Of a DNA stretch of 64,000 bases, positions 34,298-45,896 are shown piece after piece. This stretch comes from Rotaria socialis (taxonomy: Eukaryota), in contig CAJNYD010000224.1 in assembly GCA_905331295.1 (NCBI GenBank), positions 62,001-126,000 on the forward strand, written 5' to 3'. The notes below the pieces were generated by a model. That model saw only the letters and a program-made list of their open reading frames with translations. It was not told the DNA's origin and made no database searches. Numbering within the stretch: position 1 is the stretch's first letter; every line of letters begins with the position of its first letter. The position numbers and the translations under genes were made by a program.

Positions 34298-34641
34298 CCC
34301 ATGTTGGAAAAACCGGAGTAAAATTGACGGTTTACCGCGGTGTTACCGCGCCGGTTACCGGCTCCCATCAACACAAATTTACCGCGGTTTACCGCCGGTA
34401 TTTTTCGATTAACCGGTTCGCTGAGCGTTTATAAAAAATTGTTGCTAAAAGTCATTGATCGGGCTATTTTAGGCATCTTTTTTTCCTATATGATGACGGT
34501 AAAAAAAAGGGTACCGGAAAAACTAGCGGTTAACCGCGGTATTACCGCTCCGGTTACCGGCTCCCATTTCATACGAATTTACCGCTTTTCTAAAATTACC
34601 GCGGTTTACCGCAAAAATTGAAGCGGTATTCGCGACATGGG
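34298..34641. mobile_element. CpG-rich MITE-like element with CCCATGT...ACATGGG ends and an internal ~200-bp duplication
   Basis: Terminal inverted 7-mer. The block accgcggt.ttaccgc.ccggttaccggctcccat occurs at ~34334 and ~34533. Four ACCGCGGT palindromes. Confidence 0.7.
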
Positions 34642-35205
34642 AATGATTTCACAATTATTACAGTCTAATAGACCCATACGTAACTTCGCAAAGTTATGAA
34701 TATATGCATTGTATTAATAGGTAATAATTGTAAAAAAACAATGTTTATTAATTGATATCTATCAAATTATTTTTAAGTTCTGAATCTGTGATGATTCATC
34801 TGCAAATATTAATGCGAACTATCGCATGGAAGAAAATTTCATCTCAAAATTTTTTCAATAAATCATAGTAAATGGAATATAGACTGTAGTTCTGGTTATC
34901 AAAACTGATCAAATAATGTCATTTTGATCAGAGTGAATATTTGAAGAAGTCTTTTATTAATTGAAAAATTAATTTTTTTAATAATAGGACATTATTTTTG
35001 TTATTTATTATTCTGTACGGTCTTAACGACACATTGAATCTGTCATATGTTCATTCAAATGAAAACCTTAAAAAGCCACTTGTCACAAATCATAATAATA
35101 AATGCATTTTCTTCGTTGACAGTTATATCTATGACAAAAAATGGCACGACTGCGAAGATAGTTAAATCATTAAACAACGTGAGAAGATATGTCAAATAAT
35201 TTTTC

Positions 35206-35281
35206 AAGCAATCGTTGTGAAAGCAATCGTTGTGAAAGCAATCGTTGTGAAAGAATCGTTGCGAAAGAATCGTTGCGAAAG
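35206..35281. repeat. Minisatellite of five 14-15 bp units
   Basis: AAGCAATCGTTGTGA x3 followed by AAGAATCGTTGCGA x2. Confidence 0.9.
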
Positions 35282-35897
35282 TAATGACCTATCTTGTATG
35301 ATAAAAGCACGCTTCGTAAAATTATTGTTCTAGAAAGTCGATTAAAATTTCTTCAGAAGAAAATAATAGATCATTCCATAGAGCTCGATCCCATGTTGAA
35401 TACAGGCAAGAAAAGCATTTTTATTTAGTTAAGATAAAACCATTGATGAGTATTTTTGTTATTTTAATAAAATATTTCTACATCATTACTGTTATTGTCA
35501 TAAATTTATTGAATGAAAATGAAAATGTTTTCGTCTGACTACATCTATGCGACACAATAAACATTATCCAAGCTTCTTTCATTCGTTATTTACTTTTCTT
35601 TAAGTTGTTGTTTGAATAGTAAATCCATTAATTACGATATATAACTAGCAATATGTTAAATTCTCACGAAAGCATTAAACAAATAATCAACGGAAAAATA
35701 GTCTACACGTATAACATTTATAATTAAGAGCAAAAGTGAAGTAAGACTTTAAAAATCATGATTAGTATCGTTCCTAACGTTTATAATCAAAATAAGTGTA
35801 TGGTAGAAACATATCTAAAAAAAATAAATATTATATAGTTTCATCGCAATAAATATATCGTAAGAGTATCCCACAAAAGAATTTCCTTCGCTCTACC

Positions 35898-36263
35898 TTA
35901 CAATGTTGCATCTTCATCTTCATTCGATTTATCAATATCCCAACGCCAATTTTTTAATTGTTCCATAGCATCATAATGTTGTTTCATCTGAATTTTTATA
36001 TAAAAATTTTTTAATAGTTAAATATCACAAAAGCTCTTACTCGATTTAAATGTCGGTCAACACGAGCTTGTACATAATATTTCGTTGGCCTTCCTCGTAC
36101 TAGAAAGCGAAAAATCTTGATTTTATATTGATTAAAAACATCAAAAAAATTAATACATACTTGTTAATTGATTGAAAAGTGGATAAGAATTACATTCCGA
36201 TAAAAGAATAAAGATTACAAATGTAATAAAACTTTAAATAGTAAAATGATGAATTTCTAACAT
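35898..36263 (-). pseudogene. Three-exon small secreted-protein gene (~83 codons) with a premature TAA at codon 10
   Basis: MLEIHHFTI*SFITFVIFILLSECNSYPLFNQLT | IRGRPTKYYVQARVDRHLNR | MKQHYDAMEQLKNWRWDIDKSNEDEDATL*. Two ~60-bp GT-AG introns with matching phases. Confidence 0.55.
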
Positions 36264-36519
36264 ATCTATTTGCTATAAAACAAATAGTAGGAGTTTATGA
36301 TCAAGTCTTTTTATCTAATATATATATGATTGGAATAATTCTGTTTTTTCGACTACTAGACAAAATGGATTCCGACTGATTAGATAACATATATAATTAT
36401 GAAAGTCTATTGACTTCTACACCCACCCATTCAGGCATACTAATTGTTGTCTAAAAATCGTTAATAATAGAATAGATAAGTATGTTTCCATGTGTTTCAT
36501 TACGATGAAACTGCGATCA

Positions 36520-36659
36520 CACTGTGATCCGTAATTGCGAAAAGTTACGCGTAACTACAATGAAAAAACCGCAGTTATGTGTAGTTACAGTGAAAAATTC
36601 ATAGTTACGCGTAACTGAGTTGGAGTTTCTCGCAATTACTGGTAAGTGCCTTTACAGTC
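36520..36659. mobile_element. Degenerate small foldback element
   Basis: CACTGT...ACAGT ends, inverted pair gtaattgcga / tcgcaattac, and two copies of the 14-bp palindrome agttacgcgtaact. Confidence 0.5.
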
Positions 36660-38212
36660 AGGGCGCAACTTCGCCGCAATTGTTACAACAGATTACATAG
36701 ATTAGGTTTTCATTTCAGTTATATTTTTATTTTGAGTTAAAAGAAAAATTTTTAAACAGACAAAATAAAAAACTTACACTATAGAATTAAAATTTTTAAG
36801 AAAAAATTAAAAACAAAATTTTAAAGAATAAAAAATATTAAAAAATTAAAACTTTAAAAAAGTTCTAAATTTAAAACATCGAGGAAAATAAAAAGTAAAT
36901 GTTTAGAAAAATTAAAAAAATTAACATCTAGAAAAAATTAGAAAAATAAAAGAAAAAATATATTAATAAAATTAAAAAGATTAGAAAAATTTTAAAAAAA
37001 AATTCGGAATATCTATTCTATTATTTATACTAGAATGACTTATGAAGCGACTGTGATGGGCAGTGCTTTTTATACTAACTTTTTGTGACTAACGTGAGCT
37101 GAAAATATGGCTTATTTACATACGAACTATGGTCACGTGGAAAATCCCTAAGGCTCTGTCAGTAGGAGAACTATAAAAGTCACGCTTGTTTTAAATTAAA
37201 ACTAGCACCAATGCGCAACTTTTGCCAGAACGGAATTTTAAAAATTTGCCTTAGTCCGTGTTATAGAAGTATTTTACTGGAATAGGGGTCAAAATTTGAC
37301 TAAAAATGGCCATCTGTTGGTATAGAATCCGACTTTTTTAAGTTCAGGAATCAAATATAAAAAATCTGATCGGGCAAGATTTTACTTACACTTGAAGCTT
37401 AATATCTTAAATCGCTTGAAACTAGTTTCATGTTTTCTGACAAAACACCTTGTTTGAGTAAAACGATATATAAGTTTTAAGAATCATTTTTTTGTCTAAA
37501 GTCGAAAAAGATCTATATTTTATATTTTTACACTGTACTTTTTCGATGATGTCATGAATGATCTCAACTCGCTCCACCTATAAACGGTCTTTGCTATTAG
37601 CTTTATTCTTTCAACTGACGCGCCGATACTTATAAATATGAAAAAGAGAGTTTTTAACCTAATAAACATAACTAACATTGCTTTTAACCCTTTCAATTGA
37701 ATTGAATCGATAGAACTATCATTTCTGCACATATTCATTGTATTTCTTCTTTCCTGAACTGATTTCTTTAATTACAAGACAACGATCTGTGAAGCCAGGT
37801 AAAAAAAATCGTCGTCCGGTCGGTAACTGCCAATTTTTGATTCGAAGAACATTTTTATGGAAAATAAACCTCATATTCGTGATCAGCGTACTGAATAAGC
37901 TATGTCCAGATCAAATCCCGAAAAAAAAAATTGTTTTTCCCAAAAAAAGTACACTATTTTGTTTAGAATTTTATACTGATTCCAACCATGTACGCATTTT
38001 TTCAGAAACAGTTCGGTCAAAAAGAACCTTACCGTCACTTGTCTTTTCTCGAAAAACAAGGCAGTACGGTTTAATATTTTTTCGATAAATCCCTTCAAAT
38101 CGAACTTTTTTTAGAAAACCTATATATACATTCTGAAAGAGGAGACTTTGAGGCATCTACCCATGATAAAATCTCAAACATTAATCTTTTCGAAACAAAT
38201 CAACTTTTTAAA

Positions 38213-38250
38213 GGGGGGGGGGGGGGGGGATAAAGCAATTGGAAAAAAAN

Positions 38251-38304
<54 letters not shown>

Positions 38305-38310
38305 ACCCCC

Positions 38311-38374
<64 letters not shown>
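38213..38374. other. Poly-G / N / poly-C tract; probable scaffold join or sequencing artefact
   Basis: A run of ~17 G, an N at 38250, then ~124 nt of nearly pure C in otherwise AT-rich DNA. Confidence 0.8.
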
Positions 38375-38375
<1 letters not shown>

Positions 38376-39360
38376 CTTAATGCCTTTGACAATAAACATC
38401 ATATCTAGTAGTGACATCATGGCGGGTATTGTCTAGTATGGGGATGTGCTTGAAAATTAATAAATAGTAACAAGAATACATTTTCTATTAATAATATTGA
38501 TTATTAGACTATCAAATATAACTTAACAAAAATTTCATATAATACCAAATAGGATAAATTCGAAATGATATTATCGAAATTTGTTATTATGCAGTAGCAA
38601 AAATATGAAAATTTACTAAATTGTTCAAAAGACAGTGAACTAAAAATGACTTGATTCTAATCAAAAGAAATGGAAATTTTCGAAAAGCAATAGTTTCTAA
38701 TTAAGTAACTAAAATAACTTCAGTGTAAACTGAAACTGTTGATAGATTCATTTTTCCTATAATCTGATGCCAATGTGCATCTCATTTCATTCTATTCATT
38801 AGACTCTATGTCGAATCATGTAGCTAAACTACTTAAAATATGTTCTTCTTCCAAAAAGCTATTTTCAAAATAAAATGAACTCGTAAATAACTTCGCTATT
38901 GAACTTAATCTACCACATGACTAGAACCAGTGAAAGTCTTTTGCTCTTTTAATCGATTTTTTTAACTCATTGAACTAGCGAGTTCTCACACATTTAATCA
39001 ACATTTGAATAGAATCGTAATTGTATCACACTAACTATGTGTAAATTAATTTCAAGAAAAAGAAGTATGGTTACGTATGCTGCACATAGATGGATTTGAC
39101 TTTGTACTACTTACTACTTTCTATGCTCCAGCAAAATGAATGATATAAAAGATAATTTCTATTAACATTTGATAATATCAAGTAATGAAATTTTGGAAAT
39201 ATATTTATTTTAAAATGAACGCGCGAGATTTGCTTTTCTTTGTTTTTGCATATTTCTTACATTATTATATTCGACCGAAAAAGTATCAACATCTGTAAAA
39301 CAGTTTTATCTTCTTTGAGTTAGTTTTTTTCTCGTTTCGAATATTATATTAAGATTAATA

Positions 39361-41164
39361 ATGGTCTATCGAGATCGTCAAGGTTTATCACCAACAGGTG
39401 ATCCTATACAATTATCAAATAATCGCGATCGTTATTTAGATAATTGTTTTTTATTATGTATCAATCGTGATGATGATACTGATGTACCTGAAATTCGTCG
39501 ATTAGAAAATGATGTTATGCGAGATTTATGTGACAAAAATCAAATAAAACCTCAGCAACAATCAAAACTTTATATACAAGATCAACGGCGACAACCGACC
39601 GAAAACTACGATTATGATGATGAAGATATAATAAGACCATCAAAACAAACTAAAGTTCGTGATTATGCTTATAGACGAAAAGATAATCAATATGATAGAG
39701 AATCTCAATTAATAGCAAATCGTTCGAAATATCAACGAGATGATACTATTGATAATTACTATGCTAATGATCAATATACACGACCTGGTAAATATAATCA
39801 TCGAGATAATTATAATATAATTCAACATAGCGATGATGAATTATCTGTCTATGAAGTAAGTCAATGACAATTATGTTAAACTAAACTTAGTTTATTATAG
39901 GTATATGTACCAACAAATACATTAAATCGTTTAGGAGATAAACGAACCGGCAATAATATGGTTTTAATTGATTATGAAGATGTATCAATGTTACGTGATA
40001 TACGAGGACCTTCATCTCCATATGGCTACCCACCGCAAGTATGAAATTTATTAAAACTTAACTGAAAAAAATCAACAACAACATATAACTATAGAATCTA
40101 TCGTCACAATATAATAACTATTCACCTGTAAATCAATATCCATCAGATTTAACGAGAGATCGCGATGGTCAACAACAATTTTATCAAAATACTCCATTAC
40201 AACAGCAGCAACAATTAAATAATTATTATGTTAACGAAGGAGATCGACCTCCTTGTAAGTTTTCGAACATTGATTGATTTTATACAAAATTATTTTACTT
40301 ATTTTAGATTCACCTCAATCTGGTCCATTTGTGCCAACAGATATTAATCATTCAAATGCAATTAATATTCGTCGACATATTTATTCACCATCTCAACTTC
40401 CACAAGGTCTTACTGAAGGACAACTTGTTATGTTACTGCAGAAAGGTAGTCAATATCAACAACACAAATGTGAACCAACAACACCGCCAACACAACTTTT
40501 TCCTAGTCACAATGAAGTGCAAGTAAACAAAAGGATTTTACAATTGATCGTCAATTTAATCATTTCTATTTATTATTTAGCCAACAGTAGTCACACTTAC
40601 TCCGCAAGTTAATTCAATGCCAAATACCAATATCGAAGCTTTAAAAACTCCTGCATATGGTTAGTTTTATTTTATGGATTCTCTTTTTTGAAATTACTCT
40701 ATTGAAATCATTTTAGTTGCGTCAACACCAATAAAAATGCCTCAAGTACCGTGAGTGTGTTTTATTTAAATTTCTTTTACAATTGTTATTCATTAGAACA
40801 CAATTAGTTGATCATCAAATAATCAATGACGATAAAATTTCTATCGTAGATGAAATTACAAAACCAATGAGTACATTGAATACAAGAACGTCAATAAAAA
40901 TTTCGAAAGAGTTGGAATCAAGAGAAGAAAGTAGAGATAAGAAAAAAGACTCGTAAGTTTTAAATTCCTTGAAGCTAATTTTTCTATTTTAATAAATAAT
41001 TCTTACTAGTAAAAAAGATAAGAAAGGAGACAAGGAGTATGTATTTTTATCTTGTTGATTAGTTGCTTAAATTCAAATTCATTTATTTTAGTGGCGGTGA
41101 TCATAAAAAAGACAGTAAAAAAGAAAAATCAAGTGGAAAAGATTCCAAGAAGAAAAAGAAATAA
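39361..41164 (+). CDS. Uncharacterised multi-exon protein (D/R/Y-rich N-half, Q/P-rich middle, Lys-rich C-terminus)
   Basis: First exon of about 165 codons followed by a series of ~45-60 bp GT-AG introns. Ends GGDHKKDSKKEKSSGKDSKKKKK*. No domain recognised. Confidence 0.75.
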
Positions 41165-43854
41165 TTTTCAAATGAACTTTTTTTTTTTCTTAAAGAAATG
41201 ATTAGAGAAATATTCTTTTTTTTTTTGTTCTTTATCATTTACTTAAATATATATGATTATCATGAGACAATTGTAATTTAAAATAGGAGGTGCATTACAA
41301 CAATTAATTCATTCAAACGTATAAGCAAAGAAAAACGATCTATCCAAATGAATGTAATGAAAATAATAGAGTTGATCATAATGAAGTGTGTGCGTGTATG
41401 TTTGAGATGGCATCTTCCTCACGGCGAATTTCTTTTGGTGTATATTCAGTCTGTTTCCGAGACAGGACATAGATATGAATCGAAATATCCAATTGATGAA
41501 TGTTAGTCAGCTGCTAGCCTATGTGTCAGAGTATATGTTCGTCGGCAATATCCTTTCACCTTTTTTTCTACCCATAATTACAAGTAAAAGAGATAGAGAC
41601 ACTCATCGATCTCTCTTTATGTCAAATATATGCACTTTGAGTTAAGAAATGGATGGGAGGAGGGTCTTGTCAAATAAATGAACAGTTCTAATGATTAATT
41701 CGTATTATATGTACAAAAGTGTGGGTGTGCGAATTTTAGTTGTTGTTCTTTTTTCTCAAAAGCGTGAAACTAATGTACTTAAAATAAGATTCAAGAATAG
41801 ATCTGATCATTTGAATTTCATGTTTTTTCTTTCAGAATAAATTTTCATTGGTATGAAAAAAAATACGTTTGTAAGAAATCACTAAACATCAGAATTATAG
41901 CGCTGGTACATCAACAGGCAGATGTGTTTCATCCTTTTTTCTTTCTCTTTGTATCAATTTTTTATTTTGAGCTCACGTTAAAACGGAATAACAACGGGAT
42001 ATAATTGAAACAAACTGTCCGTTGTTGTTCCGCTAAGTGTCTATCTATCTTGGGTAGATGTAACACCCACAACTAACCCATCTGTCTGTCACTCGTTTCC
42101 TTAGTTCGTTTCTTTTGCACGTCAATGGTGTACATCTAATAGAGCACAACAAAAAGAAATGTGTTAGAGTCAGTAACGCCCACCCTCGGGCATACCTATA
42201 CGGCTCATTTCTATCAGGAGAAGCCTTTTCTTTTCGCAAATGACCTAATTATCATTTTATTCAAGGGAAAATGAATAAGAATAGAAAGCGAAAGAAACAC
42301 AGGGGGAAAGGGAGTAGAAGAAACAATATATTGTCGAGGTGATAATTCTCATAAGGAATGTCTTGTCTTTCTATCGTTGTATAAATATAAATTAATATTG
42401 CGTAGGATTTATGGGTTCGTTCATGGGTGACAGTTGCATTCGTTCGTTCGCCTTTCGATTAACTGTCATCTAATGGACTCGCACTCACACTCATCGTCTC
42501 GAAAGTGATTTAATTTATATACATATATACGTATAGATATATTCATAATATACCTCTACGGTATGTCACATTCGTCTCTCATTTCTTTCTACGTTCTCGA
42601 TTAATTCAATGATTGATCAAATTTATAGATAAACAAATATCAACGCCGTCGAGCAAGCAAGCAAGCAAATATATAACGTACAAAATAATGAGAATGTTTC
42701 TTTTTCTCTCAATGTTTCAACAAAAAAGAAAAATACAAACTAAAACCTCTCTTATTATTATTATTAGCGAATTTTTCTCGATCAATCTATTTGAGATATG
42801 TAATGGCGGAATTATTTTTTTGATAATAATCGTTTACTAATGTATGTTCTATGTTGTTCAATATCGAACTATTCATTTAGGAGAAAAAGCTAAAATGCTC
42901 TGTAGGTGGTCTACAAGATGATAAAGCATATGAATATTTATACACGGCAACAACTCGTACCATTGCATAATTCATCATAGTTTGTTTCATCAAACAAATA
43001 TGCGCGTGTTAGTTCGAAATGCCGCATAGTAATTCTTCTCGTTGATTACCAAACTCGACATTAAGTGAGAACGAACCGAAATAATTATCATTTTTGTTTT
43101 TAAATAACACAATATTTCATATTTCATCAACAAATACTAATTGACATTGATCAAATGAATATTGACGTGAATATAACAGAAAGCTAGTCATCCCGATGTC
43201 AATCGTCGTTGTTTTTCTTCTTATCTCTTTTTATTCCAATCAGATAACATCGCTCTCATTTATCATTGGACAAAAATGCATATTTTATCAATCGACCAAT
43301 CAAATCGTATATATGATGTCGAACAGAAAAGGAAGAGAGAAAAAGAGGGAAAAAATCGATAGTCTGCATTCGACGAGCGCGAACATCTTTTATGTCTTTT
43401 TTTCACTCGCATGAATGCATTTATCTGATTAGTCGTTATATTGCGATAGAAAAAAAAAGAAGAAAGCCAGAACATATACACATACATAGACGAAACAGAA
43501 ATTGCCTTGTACACCGAGTCAACATAGAGAGAGAGAGAGGTGGGTAATAGAAAAAAATCTAGATGGATGTATATCTTGTCATAAGAATCTTGCTCTTTTG
43601 CCATATTGCTATTCGCTATTAGGTCGTTCTCATACATAGAAATATGAAAATGCTGTTGTTATCTATTCTCTTGGTCGACGCGTGTAACTTGTAGTTTCAA
43701 CAAAAGATCCTATCGAAGACAAGATATATGAGCGAAGAGAAAAAAAACGAAGGATATTTGCGGATCTATCAAAAATTAAGATAAATCAGTTTCATCATCA
43801 TCATCATTCTTACATTCTTTATTCGATTAGACAACAAAATAAAAGAGCCTTAAA

Positions 43855-45896
43855 ATGGATCTATTCGATTTATCAACAACATCATCAAATAATAATAATC
43901 CTAATGTACATCGTAATACTTGGCCTAATTATCCCGCAGAATGTTATCCAACAAGTGTAGACTATTATCGTCAATATGGGCCAGCACGTAAGTCTATTAA
44001 ATAGATTTTTAATAAAACTGTTTTTTCTTCTCCTTCTTAGCTCTAACGTCTATGTCTTGGGTTGATTCAAGTAAATATTCTGTTCCTAACTGGCCATCTC
44101 AAACACCATCTGGATTTTCTTATCCATCTTCTCATCCTCCACCTCCACATGCTCATGCATCTTTTATCTCAACAACAAATCCATCAGCAGCAACATCATT
44201 TGGTCAAACATATTATCCTCCCACACCACCCAAAGATCTTCCACAAGATTCCTTACTTGATTCATCAAGTAAATCACATGAATTACTTAATAATAAAAAT
44301 TATCATGCACAAAATCAGCATCATCATCATCATCATCAAAATCTATTTCCTAATACAACATCACCAACAACAAGTGCAGCTGCTGCAGCAGCCGCAGCAG
44401 CAGCTTATCATCATCATCAAAATTGGGGACATGTACTTAAAGATCCCACTGCTTTTTGGTCAACTATGAAATCACCAACAGAATCATCAAGCAAACTTTC
44501 AAATTCAAATACGAAGAAAAAAGCTAGTCAAGGTTTGTAAAAAATAAAAACAAAAAAAAATAATCATGCGTTCTTCTGTTTTATTGTATTCTTTTTTTCG
44601 TTAGCTGAAGGTCGTGAATGTGTCAATTGTGGAGCTAAAGCTACACCATTATGGAGACGCGATGGTAATGGAAACTATTTATGTAATGCTTGTGGCCTTT
44701 ATCACAAAATGAATGGACACAATCGTCCACTGATTAAGCCCAAACGACGTTTAGTATGAAAATATTCTTTGAAAAGCAAATCATTTTAAATTCTTATTTT
44801 CTTATTTATTTATTTTCTTTTAAAATAGTCAACCGTTAAGAAAACAGGCGTTCATTGTTCAAATTGTAATACGAGCACAACAACATTATGGCGTCGAAAT
44901 GGCCACGGTGAAAGTGTTTGCAATGCCTGTGGTTTATATTTTAAATTACATAAGGTAATTTCATTTGCAACATATTCATATAGATATACACATTTAAGTG
45001 AAATATATATAAAGAAGTCATAAGTGTGTGTGAGTAAATAGAGTTTACATGATGAACTAATTTAAGGATATAGTTTTTCCTATGTCCATGAAACTACACA
45101 TAATTATCATGATCAATCGTAAACGCGTTCAAATTCATGCATTGTGTTAAATACGTGACAAATTCGATTAGAGAAAAAGAATAAGATTTGAGACATTGTC
45201 CTCATGCATCATCATCATCGTCGTTGTCTTCATCGTTATTATCATCATTATAATATTCAATTGAAAAAAGGATGAACCGTTAGAGTGAAAGAAAACAGTG
45301 AATGAATAGAATGAGAAGAAAATGAAGTATCTGTTTTTCTTATCTGACGCAATAACAAAATTAGAAATTTTAATAGATAAACATAAAATTTTTGTTATTG
45401 TTGAGTTCAATTTTTTGTTTCTCGCTTCTAAACAGATCATTATATTTGATAGGTTAATCGTCCAATAACATTGAAAAAAGAGAACATTCAAACACGTAAT
45501 CGAAAACCAAATACAAAACGTACTGGTAGTTTACTTGCAAGTAGTTCATCGTGTAGTATGAAAGATAAAGATCCATTTCCTTATGGACTTTTAATGAAGA
45601 ATGAACAAGCATTAAACGGTTATCATGCTCAAGCAGCTGCAGCAGCCATGGCAGTTAACAGTGTATCAACATCATCATCACCGTCATCATCAGTCTATCA
45701 TCAATCTCAACAAGCAGCATATGCAGCTGCGGCAGCACTTCGTCCATTATTTTCATCATCAATGTTATCATCCATGGGCACAACAAATACAACAGGCAGT
45801 TCATTATCATCATCATCGAATTCATCATCACCAACCAAATCATCTTATATGACAAATCAACAACATCATGTTGGTGTTTATCCTCCGTACTTTTAA
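43855..45896 (+). CDS. GATA123: GATA transcription factor, GATA1/2/3 (grain-like) class
   Basis: N-terminal YPPTPPKD motif. Finger 1 [49 protein letters not shown]. Finger 2 [32 protein letters not shown]. Basic tail [11 protein letters not shown] (RNRK is typical of the 1/2/3 class). Five coding exons. Confidence 0.95.

Noticed and set aside
34066..34621. ORFs of 122 and 93 aa
   Set aside because: They run through the GC-rich MITE, which lacks stops by composition, and show no protein motifs.
35206..35281. CRISPR-like repeat array
   Set aside because: Units are head-to-tail with no spacers, there are no cas genes, and the context is eukaryotic.
38148..38436. Poly-Pro and poly-Gly ORFs
   Set aside because: They are translations of the homopolymer tract next to an N, most likely an artefact rather than a formin- or extensin-like gene.
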